A stretch of 64,000 nt of DNA from contig CAXXSR010000002.1 in assembly GCA_963662615.2 (NCBI GenBank), positions 480,001 to 544,000 of the forward strand, read 5' to 3'. Below, piece after piece: positions 19,280-27,860 of this stretch. Made by a program: the position numbers and the translations under genes. Under the pieces are notes generated by a model. That model was not told where the DNA came from. It saw nothing but the letters and a program-made list of their open reading frames with translations, and ran no database searches. The first letter of the stretch is position 1. Each line of letters begins with the position of its first letter. Source of the DNA: Dehalococcoidia bacterium (lineage in GTDB: Bacteria; Chloroflexota; Dehalococcoidia; Bin125).

Positions 19280-20179
19280 CTAGACGTGGATACGCTCCGG
19301 CGGGGCCGCGACCGGCTCGGCGGCAGCGCGCACGATGGCGTTGACGATCTGTTCCAGCTGCTCGTCGTCGTACCAGCGCACCTGGATGTGGCCGCCACGC
19401 CGGCCCCGGTGGACCTGCACTTGGGTCCCCAGCGCCGATTGGAGCCGCTCCTGCGCGAGTCGATCGCCGGGGAGGTCGCGGCGGCGGGCGGTGGTGGCGG
19501 GCCCCACAGAGCGCAGCGTCCGTGCCGCGGACTCCGCCTGGCGCACCGTGAGGTGGCGCTCCCGCACTCGCTTCCACAGCCGGATCTGGTGGTCGGGCGT
19601 GGGCGCCCCGAGGATGGCGCGGGCGTGCCCTTCACTGATCTCGCCGACGGCCAGGCTCATGCGGATGGGCGCCGGCAGTTGCAGGAGGCGCAGCGAGTTG
19701 GCGACGGCGACCCGGCTTTTGCCCACGCGTTTGGCCACCTGCTCCTGCGTCAGTGGCCCCTCCTCCATCAGGCGCCGGTAGGCGTGGGCTTCCTCCAACG
19801 GGCTGAGATCTTCTCGTTGAATGTTTTCCACCAAGGCGACGCTGAGCCGGTCGGCGTCCGCGAGATCGGTGATGAGGACGGGGACTTCCGTGAGCCCGGC
19901 CAGCTGCGCCGCGCGCCAGCGTCGCTCGCCGGCGACCATCACGTAGCGGTCGTCGGCGCTGCGCGCGACCAGGAGCGGTTGCAACACGCCGTGCTCACGG
20001 ATGCTGGCAGCCAGCTCCTCCAGCGCCGCGGCCTCGATGTGCGAGCGTGGCTGATCGGGATTGGGCTGAATGGCGGCGACGGGCAGCGTGCGGGGCGGCG
20101 CCGCAGCGTCCGGGCGCTCGGAGCGAGGATGGGGAATGAGGGCGTTGAGGCCCCGGCCGAGCGCGGGACGGGCGGTCAT
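19280..20179 (-). CDS. parB: Chromosome partitioning protein ParB
   Basis: LGRGL.AL, PNPDQPR, AGERRWRA, ENIQREDL and HTH. Confidence 0.97.
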   Translation of the reverse strand: MTARPALGRGLNALIPHPRSERPDAAAPPRTLPVAAIQPNPDQPRSHIEAAALEELAASIREHGVLQPLLVARSADDRYVMVAGERRWRAAQLAGLTEVPVLITDLADADRLSVALVENIQREDLSPLEEAHAYRRLMEEGPLTQEQVAKRVGKSRVAVANSLRLLQLPAPIRMSLAVGEISEGHARAILGAPTPDHQIRLWKRVRERHLTVRQAESAARTLRSVGPATTARRRDLPGDRLAQERLQSALGTQVQVHRGRRGGHIQVRWYDDEQLEQIVNAIVRAAAEPVAAPPERIHV

Positions 20180-21054
20180 GGCGTTCCTCCTGGGACAAGA
20201 GCGTCAGGCAGGGGTGGAGCGGGGACCTCCTGGGCCGGGCGCGGCGCCGGAGAGGGGAGGACGCCGGTGACGGGCCGAGCGAGGTTCGCCGGGACGGCGG
20301 CGTCACGTCGGGCGACGAACTCGGCCGCCAGATCACGGTACGCCTCCGCGCCGCGGGAGGTGGGCGCGTACTGGAAGATGGTCTGGCCGAAGCTGGGGGC
20401 TTCGCTGAGCCGCACGGAGCGTGGGACCACGCAGCGGAACGTCTGGGGGAAATGCCGGCGGACGTCACGCACGATTTCTTGCGAAATGTTCGTTCTGGAA
20501 TCATACATCACCATGACAAGTCCGGCGATCTGGAGGTCCGGGTTCAGCTCCCGGCGGACGAGATCGATCGTGCGCGTGAGGTGCCCCAGCCCTTCCAGGG
20601 CCAGGTACTCACACTGCACGGGGATGAGGACGCCGTCCGCCGCGGTGAGGGCATTGAGCGTGAGCAGGCCCAAGAACGGAGCGCAGTCGATCAGGACGTC
20701 GTCGTAGGTGTCGCGGACGTGCAGCAAGGCCCGCCGCAGAAGGAATTCGCGCCCGTCCAGGGCGACAAGCTCCACTTCCGCGCCGGCAAGGTCGGGCGTG
20801 GCCGGGGCCAGCCAGAGGCCCGCTTCGCTCGTGGGCAGGACGGAGGCGGGCAGCGTGAGCCGCTCCGCCAGGACGTCGTAGAGGGTGGGCCCGCTGGGCC
20901 GGCGCAGGCCCAGCGCGCTGGTGGCGTTACTCTGCGGATCGCAGTCAATGAGGAGGACGCGCCGCCCGCTGCGGGCGAGGGCCGCGCCTAGGTTGATGGC
21001 GGTGGTCGTCTTGCCGACCCCGCCCTTCTGATTGGCGATAGCGAAGACCGCCAC
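20176..21054 (-). CDS. parA: Chromosome partitioning ATPase ParA/Soj
   Basis: NQKGGVGKTT, D.DPQ.NAT, PVQCEYLALEGL and SEAPSFG. Confidence 0.97.
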   Translation of the reverse strand: MAVFAIANQKGGVGKTTTAINLGAALARSGRRVLLIDCDPQSNATSALGLRRPSGPTLYDVLAERLTLPASVLPTSEAGLWLAPATPDLAGAEVELVALDGREFLLRRALLHVRDTYDDVLIDCAPFLGLLTLNALTAADGVLIPVQCEYLALEGLGHLTRTIDLVRRELNPDLQIAGLVMVMYDSRTNISQEIVRDVRRHFPQTFRCVVPRSVRLSEAPSFGQTIFQYAPTSRGAEAYRDLAAEFVARRDAAVPANLARPVTGVLPSPAPRPAQEVPAPPLPDALVPGGTP

Positions 21055-21074
21055 AGCTCCTCAGGCCGACCCCG

Positions 21075-22007
21075 CTACCGATCCCCACGGTACACAATCT
21101 GGACCGCGCGCGCATCACCTTCGCCGGCCGATTCGCTGCGCACGTCCGGGTCCTCCGCCAGGGCGATGTGGACAATGCGGCGTTCCGCGGGGGTCATGGG
21201 CTCCAGCGCGACCGTCTCACGGGTGCTGCGGACGCTGTCGGCGGAGCGGCGGGCAAGGGCGTTCAGTGACTCCTCGCGCCGGCGTTTGAAGCCGTCCACG
21301 TCCAGGGTGAACGTGTAGTTGCCCTCCAAGCCCTGGTTGACGACGAGATTGACGATGTACTGGAGCGCGGCAAGATGTTCGCCGCGGCGGCCGATCAGCA
21401 GGCCCAGGTCGTCGTCGGGACTGGCGGGGGTCACGTCCAGGACGGCAGTGGCATGGTCGAGACCGTCCATGGGCGTGGCGGGCTCGCGGCTGCTCACCGT
21501 GGCTTCCACCCCAATGAGGTGGAGCAGGTCGGTGAGGACGTTGGCCGCGTGTTGGGTGGGCTCGTCTTCGGGCTCGAACTCGGGGTCGGCCAGGAGTTCG
21601 AAGGGCTGCGTGTAGCGCTGCGGCAGCCGCTCCGGCGGCCGCTCGTCCCGCCGGCCTCGGGAGCCGCCCCGGTCCCCCTGCCGTCCCCCGCGGCGGCCCC
21701 GCCCCCTGCCTCCGCGATTCTGCTGTCGGGGCGGGGGCGAGTCCACCTCTTGAGCGTCGGCGTAGTCATCGATGCGGGGGAGCGGGCGGCCCTCAGCGGT
21801 CGGCTCTTGCGCCCCGCCGCCGGCGCCGATGGGCGTCACGCGAACGCGAGCGGAGGTGGCGCCAATGCCGAAGATGCCGGTGCGTCCTTCGGAGAGGACG
21901 GTGACTTCCACCTGCGAGCGTTGGAGGCCAAGCTCCCGCAGGGCTCGCTGGACGGCGCCGTCGACCGTTTTGCCGTTCAGTTCAAGGGCTTTATTTGGCT
22001 CTGCCAT
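21075..22007 (-). CDS. jag: RNA-binding protein Jag/KhpB/EloR
   Basis: Jag_N (GKTVD.AV..AL..LG), KH motif LIGRRGE and R3H motif ERRIVH; RGG-rich linker; follows yidC. Confidence 0.92.
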   Translation of the reverse strand: MAEPNKALELNGKTVDGAVQRALRELGLQRSQVEVTVLSEGRTGIFGIGATSARVRVTPIGAGGGAQEPTAEGRPLPRIDDYADAQEVDSPPPRQQNRGGRGRGRRGGRQGDRGGSRGRRDERPPERLPQRYTQPFELLADPEFEPEDEPTQHAANVLTDLLHLIGVEATVSSREPATPMDGLDHATAVLDVTPASPDDDLGLLIGRRGEHLAALQYIVNLVVNQGLEGNYTFTLDVDGFKRRREESLNALARRSADSVRSTRETVALEPMTPAERRIVHIALAEDPDVRSESAGEGDARAVQIVYRGDR

Positions 22008-22011
22008 CACG

Positions 22012-22968
22012 TCACTCGGACCTTTCTCGTGCGGCGGTCCCGCTGGAACGCCGCCGCCTGCGCCGCCGCCGCCTCGCCGCCGCAGCGTCGGCAGGGGCGC
22101 CGGCGGGCGTCGTGGCACGGTCGGGCGCTTCGTCAGGCTCGGGGGCTTCGGTGGGCTCGTTGGGCTCGTTGGGGGCGCCGGAGTCGCGCTCGGCAGCGGG
22201 CGCCGGCCCCGCAGGGGGTGTCGGGAGGCCTTCGAGAGAGATGAACCATCGCCAGGTCAAGTTTCGCGGTCGGTTGTAGAGGTACGCCAGTGCGACCCCA
22301 ACCACGCTGCTGGCGAGCCAGTAAACTCCCAGGCCGCTGGGCAGGGTGATGGTGAAGAATCCGATCATCAGCGGCATCATGTAGAGCATGGTGCGGTTCA
22401 TGGAGGCCTGTCGGTCGTCGCGGGCGCCGGAGCGGGAGGTACTGAATTTCTGCTGGTAGAAGGTCGCCACTCCGACCAGAATAGCGAGCGGGAATCCACC
22501 ATTAGCGGCCAGGTCCATAGTGAGGAAGTCCCGATTCAGGGGTACTGCCTGCGAGATGAAGTCCCAGTCATAGAGCCGCGAGGAGAGGCTCAGCAGCGCC
22601 TCGGGCGTGGTCCCCAACGTCCGCCGGATCACCTGGAAGAGCGCGATCAGGATGGGAAACTGGAGCAGCAGCGGGACAGCGCAGCCCAGAGGGTTGAAGC
22701 CCACCTCCCGGTAGAGCTTCATCATTTCCTGTTGCCGCCGCTTGGGGTCCTTGTACTTTTTTTGGATCTCCTGCAGTTGCGGTTGCATTGCCGACATGGC
22801 ACGCGTGGTGCGCAATTGGCGGATTGTCAGCGGGTAGGTGAGCACCCGGATGACGATAGTGAAGGCGATGATCGCCAACCCGTAATTGTCGAAGAGCGCG
22901 TTGGACAGAATGATCAGCGCGTTGATCATGGGGTTGATCAGCAGGTCGTTCCACAGGAAGTTGAGCAT
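22012..22968 (-). CDS. yidC: Membrane protein insertase YidC (short form, no large extracytoplasmic domain, poly-Arg tail)
   Basis: YGLAII.FT..IR, LQPQL.EIQKKYK, NPLGC..P.LLQ.PI and PSGL.VYW. Confidence 0.95.
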   Translation of the reverse strand: MLNFLWNDLLINPMINALIILSNALFDNYGLAIIAFTIVIRVLTYPLTIRQLRTTRAMSAMQPQLQEIQKKYKDPKRRQQEMMKLYREVGFNPLGCAVPLLLQFPILIALFQVIRRTLGTTPEALLSLSSRLYDWDFISQAVPLNRDFLTMDLAANGGFPLAILVGVATFYQQKFSTSRSGARDDRQASMNRTMLYMMPLMIGFFTITLPSGLGVYWLASSVVGVALAYLYNRPRNLTWRWFISLEGLPTPPAGPAPAAERDSGAPNEPNEPTEAPEPDEAPDRATTPAGAPADAAAARRRRRRRRRSSGTAARERSE

Positions 22969-22979
22969 CTCGTCCGCTT

Positions 22980-24206
22980 CTAGGGGGCGGCCGCGAGCGG
23001 CGGGGAGCAGGCGCTCGCGGCTTCTTTAGCACGGAAGACGGGACAGACCACGTCCACGTTGACGCGCGCTTCGAACAACCGTCCGTCCTCGTCATTGATC
23101 AGGATGGCGTCGCCCCGGATCAGCGGGTCCGCCAGAACGTCGTCCGGCCGATCGTCCTCGGTGCCCTTCGTGGTCCAGATGCCGAGGCCGGTGGCCGGAA
23201 CGATGGCGTGGAACTCGGCCTTGCGGGTGACGATCACCAGCACAGCGCCGTCGTCGGTGAGGGCGGGCTGCGCCCGCACCGGGTCTCCCGCGTCGTAGGG
23301 GGCATCCCAGACCAGGCGGCCGGAGTCCACATCCCAGGCCCAGACCATCCCGGAGAGGTCGGCCGCGTAGACCGTTCCGTCCGCGACGAGCGCCGTGGTC
23401 CAGAACCAGTCGGCACCGAGTGCCGACCAGACCACGTCCCCCGTCTCGACATCGAGAGCGAAGAAAATGCTGTTGAAGTCCCCCAGATAGGCGCGACCCT
23501 CGCTCACGACGACGTTGCCGGCGATGGCCGCGTCGGTCTGGAACGTCCAGGCCAAGCGCCCCTCCCTCTCGATTTGCAGGGCGGAGACGCGGCCGTTCAG
23601 GCCGGGCACAAGGAGCAGTCCACCGTATGTGCGGGACTGGGCGAGATCCGGCGTGCCCCAGACTTCACTTTCCGGGTCGCAGAAGCTCCAGGTGGCGGTC
23701 CCAGGGCTCTCGGTATCGACCGCGTAGACGCAGCCATCCGTGGCGGTGATGTAGGCGGTGGTCCGGTCCGGGTCCACGATCACGCTGGCGACGACGCGCC
23801 CGTCAACGTCGAAGATGATGCGGGCGCTGGTCCCATCCGTTCGCACGGCGTAGACGGTGCCCTCGTCGTAGTCAGCCAGGATCAGCTCTTCGCCATCGGG
23901 GCCCAGGAGGGCGGGTGTGCCGTAGAAGCCGTGTGCATCCACGGGTTCCGTGAGGCCGGGAAAACCATCGTTCTCGCGCGGAAATTCCCACCGAACCGCC
24001 GCCTCGTCCAGGGGACGGACGCTAATGTCCAGGGCGGCGATGTGTTCCCGGTCCGTGCGGATGATGATCACGTCGGCGCCGTCGGCGTCGTCCAGGGTGA
24101 GCGGCGACGCCCAACCGTCGGGGTCGTTACTCACGCCGCAGGCGGTGATCAGGACGATGGCCGCCGCCAGCGGCGCCATCAGCCAGCGACGGTCGGCGCG
24201 TTTCAC
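22980..24206 (-). CDS. PQQ-like (BamB-type) beta-propeller lipoprotein
   Basis: From GTG 24206: MKRADRRWLMAPLAAAIVLITACG (lipobox ITAC); repeated A.D..TG..VW Trp-docking motifs. Confidence 0.82.
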   Translation of the reverse strand: MKRADRRWLMAPLAAAIVLITACGVSNDPDGWASPLTLDDADGADVIIIRTDREHIAALDISVRPLDEAAVRWEFPRENDGFPGLTEPVDAHGFYGTPALLGPDGEELILADYDEGTVYAVRTDGTSARIIFDVDGRVVASVIVDPDRTTAYITATDGCVYAVDTESPGTATWSFCDPESEVWGTPDLAQSRTYGGLLLVPGLNGRVSALQIEREGRLAWTFQTDAAIAGNVVVSEGRAYLGDFNSIFFALDVETGDVVWSALGADWFWTTALVADGTVYAADLSGMVWAWDVDSGRLVWDAPYDAGDPVRAQPALTDDGAVLVIVTRKAEFHAIVPATGLGIWTTKGTEDDRPDDVLADPLIRGDAILINDEDGRLFEARVNVDVVCPVFRAKEAASACSPPLAAAP

Positions 24207-24214
24207 GTGAAACA
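24199..24214. promoter_or_regulatory. parS: parS centromere-like site
   Basis: CGTTTCACGTGAAACA matches 15/16 of the canonical TGTTTCACGTGAAACA; about 3 kb from parA. Confidence 0.9.
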
Positions 24215-24342
24215 TGACCACCGTGGATGCCGGGCCGCAGCGGGAAGACGCAGGCGGGAGCCCGCCCAGCGTGTCGCCGCCGAGGGCGCGGAGCGGGCCG
24301 GACGTGGCGCGCGTCGGTCGTGCAGTGCGATCGCCGCTCCGT

Positions 24343-24624
24343 TCATGGCCGCGCCCCATGGCCTTTGCGGGACGCAAGGGGAGCCGCGCCCAAGGAAGCG
24401 ACGTTGTCCTGGTCCGCAACGGGGGGATCGTAGCCGCCGCGGTTGAAGGGATTGCAGCGAATGAGGCGCCAGACGGTCTTGATCCCTCCCCGGACCAGCC
24501 CGTACCGCGCAATGGCCTCCGCGCCGTATTCGGAGCAGGTGGGAGCGAAGCGGCAGGAGGGGGCGCGGTGGGGGGAGATTCGGGTCTGGTAGGCCCGGAT
24601 GAGCCGGATCGCCGGCGCTTTCAT
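24343..24624 (-). CDS. yidD: Membrane protein insertion efficiency factor YidD
   Basis: YQ..ISP, CRF.PTCSEY and RCNPF..GG.DP. Confidence 0.95.
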   Translation of the reverse strand: MKAPAIRLIRAYQTRISPHRAPSCRFAPTCSEYGAEAIARYGLVRGGIKTVWRLIRCNPFNRGGYDPPVADQDNVASLGAAPLASRKGHGARP

Positions 24625-24980
24625 ACGCCCCCTCCCCGCGGCAGCAGCCCGGCCTGGCGAAGCAGACTTCGCAGAACTCGCTCCAACTCTCGATACGAGG
24701 CGTCCCGCGCCCGCGCCCGCGCGATGACGACCAGGTCCGCCGCTCCCCGCGCCCCGCTTTGGCGCGCCGCCTCACGCAGGCGCCGCTTGAGCCGATTGCG
24801 CGTCACTGCCCCTCCCACGCGTTTCCCCACGACGAAGCCAAAGCGCGGCAGCGGCGCCTGGGCGGCGCCCGCCGGCAGGGGCCGGACGCGCAGAACTAGC
24901 GGGTCGTGCACGTATGCCTCCCCCGTCCGATAGACGGCGGCGAACTCCTGTCGACGTCGCAGTCGCTGGTGGCGGCGCAT
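24621..24980 (-). CDS. rnpA: Ribonuclease P protein component
   Basis: [25 protein letters not shown] (RNR motif). Confidence 0.95.
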   Translation of the reverse strand: MRRHQRLRRRQEFAAVYRTGEAYVHDPLVLRVRPLPAGAAQAPLPRFGFVVGKRVGGAVTRNRLKRRLREAARQSGARGAADLVVIARARARDASYRELERVLRSLLRQAGLLPRGGGV

Positions 24981-25014
24981 AGAGAGATACGACCACGCGC
25001 CCGCAGCGCTCGGC

Positions 25015-25155
25015 CTAGACGACGGTGAGTCGCTTTCGCCCTCGCAGGCGGCGGCGCTTGAGCACCGAACGACCCGCGCGGGTTGACATTCGCTTGCGGA
25101 ACCCGTGTTCGCGCATCCGTGGAATTCGCTTGGGTTGCCAGGTCCGTTTAGGCAT
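25015..25155 (-). CDS. rpmH: 50S ribosomal protein L34 (not in the ORF track)
   Basis: Manual translation [46 protein letters not shown]. Confidence 0.96.
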   Translation of the reverse strand: MPKRTWQPKRIPRMREHGFRKRMSTRAGRSVLKRRRLRGRKRLTVV

Positions 25156-25203
25156 TGGCGCACCTGGAGGAGGTCACGAGCAAAGGAAGCTGCCGTTTGA
25201 GCC

Positions 25204-25231
25204 AGTATATCCGTTGCGCATCTGCCCGCAA
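25204..25231 (-). promoter_or_regulatory. Putative sigma70 promoter of the rpmH operon
   Basis: TTGCGG-N16-TATACT. Confidence 0.5.
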
Positions 25232-25268
25232 GCGAGAATGTGTGCCCGAGGGTCGTCTCGGCGCTCCC

Positions 25269-27758
25269 TCAGCCGGCGCCAGCGACGGGTTCCGGCGCGG
25301 CCCCCACCTGTCCGCTGACGAGGGTGGGGCCGGTTGTGCTGCCGTAGATGAAGCGATACCAGGCGTAGGCTTCCAGCACGCGGCGAAGGTACAGGCGTGT
25401 CTCGGCGAAGGTGATGCGTTCATAGTAGAGATCCGGATCGATGCTGAGGTCGTCGTTTGCCCAACGCAGGGCGTTGCCGGGCCCGCCGTTATAGGCGGCG
25501 AGGGCGAGCCAGGGCGCGCCATTGAAGCTGGCCAGCTGCCGACCGAGGTAGTAGGCCCCGTAGCGGATGGAGCGCTCGGGGCGGAAGAGCAGGGGCGATT
25601 CGAAGCCGTAGTCCAGCAAGGCGGCGGCGATCTCCTCTGCCGTGGGCGGGATGACCTGCGTCAGCCCTAGGGCTCCGGCACTGGATCCCGCCGCCGGATT
25701 GAAGAGGCTCTCTTGGCGGATGAGCGCGTAGAGCAGCAGCTCGTCCACGTCGTGCGCCTGCGCCTCCTGCCGCGCCAACGATTGCCAGCCGCGTGGATAG
25801 GCCCAGCGCAAAATCTCGGCGGGCGCATCCACTCGTTGCTGGGCGGGGAGCGACTCCAAGAGGCGCTCGGCGGCGCCCAGGCGTAGGTGGATGAGGCCCC
25901 GGCCTTCAAGATGCTGCCCGGACCGATACAGCAGCCAGGGGTCGTCTTCGGCGGCGGTGAGGTGGGCACGGAAGCTCTCCGCAGCAGACTGATTCATGCC
26001 CGCGCCGTGCAGGTCCAGGCCCGCCCGCCAGAGGGGGCCGGCCGCCAGCTGCTGCGTGGCGTCCGCGGATTCCGCGCCGACGATCCGGCGCAGCCAGGCC
26101 TCCGTCTGGTCCAAATCGGGGGCCGCAACGTCGGCGAGCGTGAATTCGCTCAGGAGCGGAGCCAGCGGCTCGGCGGCCAACAGGGCCTGCGCGCGGAGAC
26201 CGTAATAGGACATGGGGTCCAGTTGCATCGCCGTCTCATAGGCGGCCGACGCCCCGGCGGGGTCGCCGGCCCGCTCCTGTGTCTTGCCGGTCCAGAGCCA
26301 GGCTCGTTGCGCCTCAGGCAGGTCGGCCTGCCCCCCGGCAAGGGCCAAGAAGCGCTCCTCGGCCTCGTTGAAGTCGCGCTCCTGATAGGCGAGCAGCCCC
26401 GCGCGGAATCCCGCAGAGGGCCCGCGGTCAGCGGACGGGTAGGCGCTGTGGAGCCGCACGTAGACCACTTCAGCCAGCCCCACTTGGCCCTGATCCTCGA
26501 GCAGCTGGCCCGCCCACCAGAGCGCCTCGGGCGCGAGGGCCCCTTCGACGTCCAGATTGACGGCTGCCAGGTAGGCCTCGATCGCCTCCGCATCGCTCCC
26601 TTCATCTTCGGCGATGGAAGCCAGGTAGTACTGCGCCACTGCCTGATCGGCGGGCGCCGCGTCGTCGCTGAGCGCTTCTTGCAGCACGGCGCGCGCCTGC
26701 TCCGTGCGCCCTTGGCGATAGAGGAGAACGCCTTCCGTGAGCGAATCGATGCGAATCTGTCTGGCCAGCAGCTCCTCATACACCTCGCCGGCGCGCCAGT
26801 GGGCGGGGAATTCCGCCAGCAGCTGCAGCCAGGCGCTTTCGCCCCCGGCGGCGTCGCCCTGCGCGAAGGCGACGATGCCGATGCGGTGGAGCGCCAGCGC
26901 GTCGTCGGAGAGCCAGGGCGAGACCTCGTACAGCGTCTGATAGCGCTGGCGGGCAAGGTCGTAGCGTTCCCGGCTCTCCAGCAGGAGACCGGCCTCCAGC
27001 AACGCGCTCTCGACGCTGAACGCCGTGGCCGCGGGGTCCAAGGCGACGGCGTCGTAATCCTCCAGCGCCGCGTCGAAATCGGCGCTCGCGGCCAGGAAGG
27101 CGGCCCGCGCCAGTCGCGCGGCCGGCGTCGCCGCGCCGCCCGCATCGATGTAGCGCCCGTAGGCGTCGCCGGCCGCCCCCCGCTCGCCGAGCGCAGCCAG
27201 GATGCGACCTTCGAGGAGATCGAGGATCAGCGCGCCCTCTGCGCCCGCGGCCGCGAGCGCCGGCGGATCCTGCCTCAAGGTCAGCAGCGTTGCTTCGGCG
27301 TCCGCGTTGCGCTCCAGCTTGAGGAGGAGGCGAATCTGCTCCAGGTAGGCCTTGGCTCGGGCGCGCGATTCGAGCCCTTGGGCCGTTGCTCCCCGCAAGG
27401 CGACGGCGCGGGTGAGGGCGGCATCCTCCCAGAATCCGTCGCGTTCGAGATTGCGGGCTCGCTCCATGAGGATGCGGGTGTCCGTGGCGGACTGCGGCGC
27501 ATCCACGTGGATGGTCGCCCCGGCGCGCTCCACCGGCGCCGCCGGTTGGTCCACGAGCGCGGTGGCGGGGGCGGCGCCTGGCGCGGCCGGCTCCGTCTCC
27601 TCTTCACGATCCGGCGCCCCGCCGCAGGCGGCGGCGAGGATCACAACCGTGCTGAGGACAAGGACGAAGGATGGGGCGGCGCGTTTTGATCGTCGAAATC
27701 GGGCGGTGGTAGGATGCGCGCGAGTGGGCGGCGGGAAGTCCGGAGAACGAGCAGGCAC
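25269..27758 (-). CDS. TPR-repeat lipoprotein with a C-terminal Slt-type lytic transglycosylase domain
   Basis: Lipobox ILAAAC; many TPR-like helices; ALIRQESLF (catalytic Glu), GALGLTQVIP, AAYNGG and ETR.Y. Start GTG 27758 inferred from an AGAGG RBS. Confidence 0.88.
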   Translation of the reverse strand: MPARSPDFPPPTRAHPTTARFRRSKRAAPSFVLVLSTVVILAAACGGAPDREEETEPAAPGAAPATALVDQPAAPVERAGATIHVDAPQSATDTRILMERARNLERDGFWEDAALTRAVALRGATAQGLESRARAKAYLEQIRLLLKLERNADAEATLLTLRQDPPALAAAGAEGALILDLLEGRILAALGERGAAGDAYGRYIDAGGAATPAARLARAAFLAASADFDAALEDYDAVALDPAATAFSVESALLEAGLLLESRERYDLARQRYQTLYEVSPWLSDDALALHRIGIVAFAQGDAAGGESAWLQLLAEFPAHWRAGEVYEELLARQIRIDSLTEGVLLYRQGRTEQARAVLQEALSDDAAPADQAVAQYYLASIAEDEGSDAEAIEAYLAAVNLDVEGALAPEALWWAGQLLEDQGQVGLAEVVYVRLHSAYPSADRGPSAGFRAGLLAYQERDFNEAEERFLALAGGQADLPEAQRAWLWTGKTQERAGDPAGASAAYETAMQLDPMSYYGLRAQALLAAEPLAPLLSEFTLADVAAPDLDQTEAWLRRIVGAESADATQQLAAGPLWRAGLDLHGAGMNQSAAESFRAHLTAAEDDPWLLYRSGQHLEGRGLIHLRLGAAERLLESLPAQQRVDAPAEILRWAYPRGWQSLARQEAQAHDVDELLLYALIRQESLFNPAAGSSAGALGLTQVIPPTAEEIAAALLDYGFESPLLFRPERSIRYGAYYLGRQLASFNGAPWLALAAYNGGPGNALRWANDDLSIDPDLYYERITFAETRLYLRRVLEAYAWYRFIYGSTTGPTLVSGQVGAAPEPVAGAG

Positions 27759-27860
27759 GGTGGTCCGTTCCTCTGCTCTGCCGCCGCACGGGCAGGATCT
27801 AGCCGATCCCAGCCGCCGCCGACGGTGTCTGCACCTTAGTTCGGCCGTGAGTGACTGTCC

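Noticed and set aside
24207-24512. Extended N-terminus of the propeller ORF, including the MFHVKR start at 24215
   Set aside because: It overlaps yidD, and MFHVK is simply the translation of the parS palindrome. GTG 24206 gives a better signal peptide.
27499-27514. Second parS candidate (ATCCACGTGGAT palindrome)
   Set aside because: Only the core matches. The flanks deviate at several positions and it lies inside a CDS.
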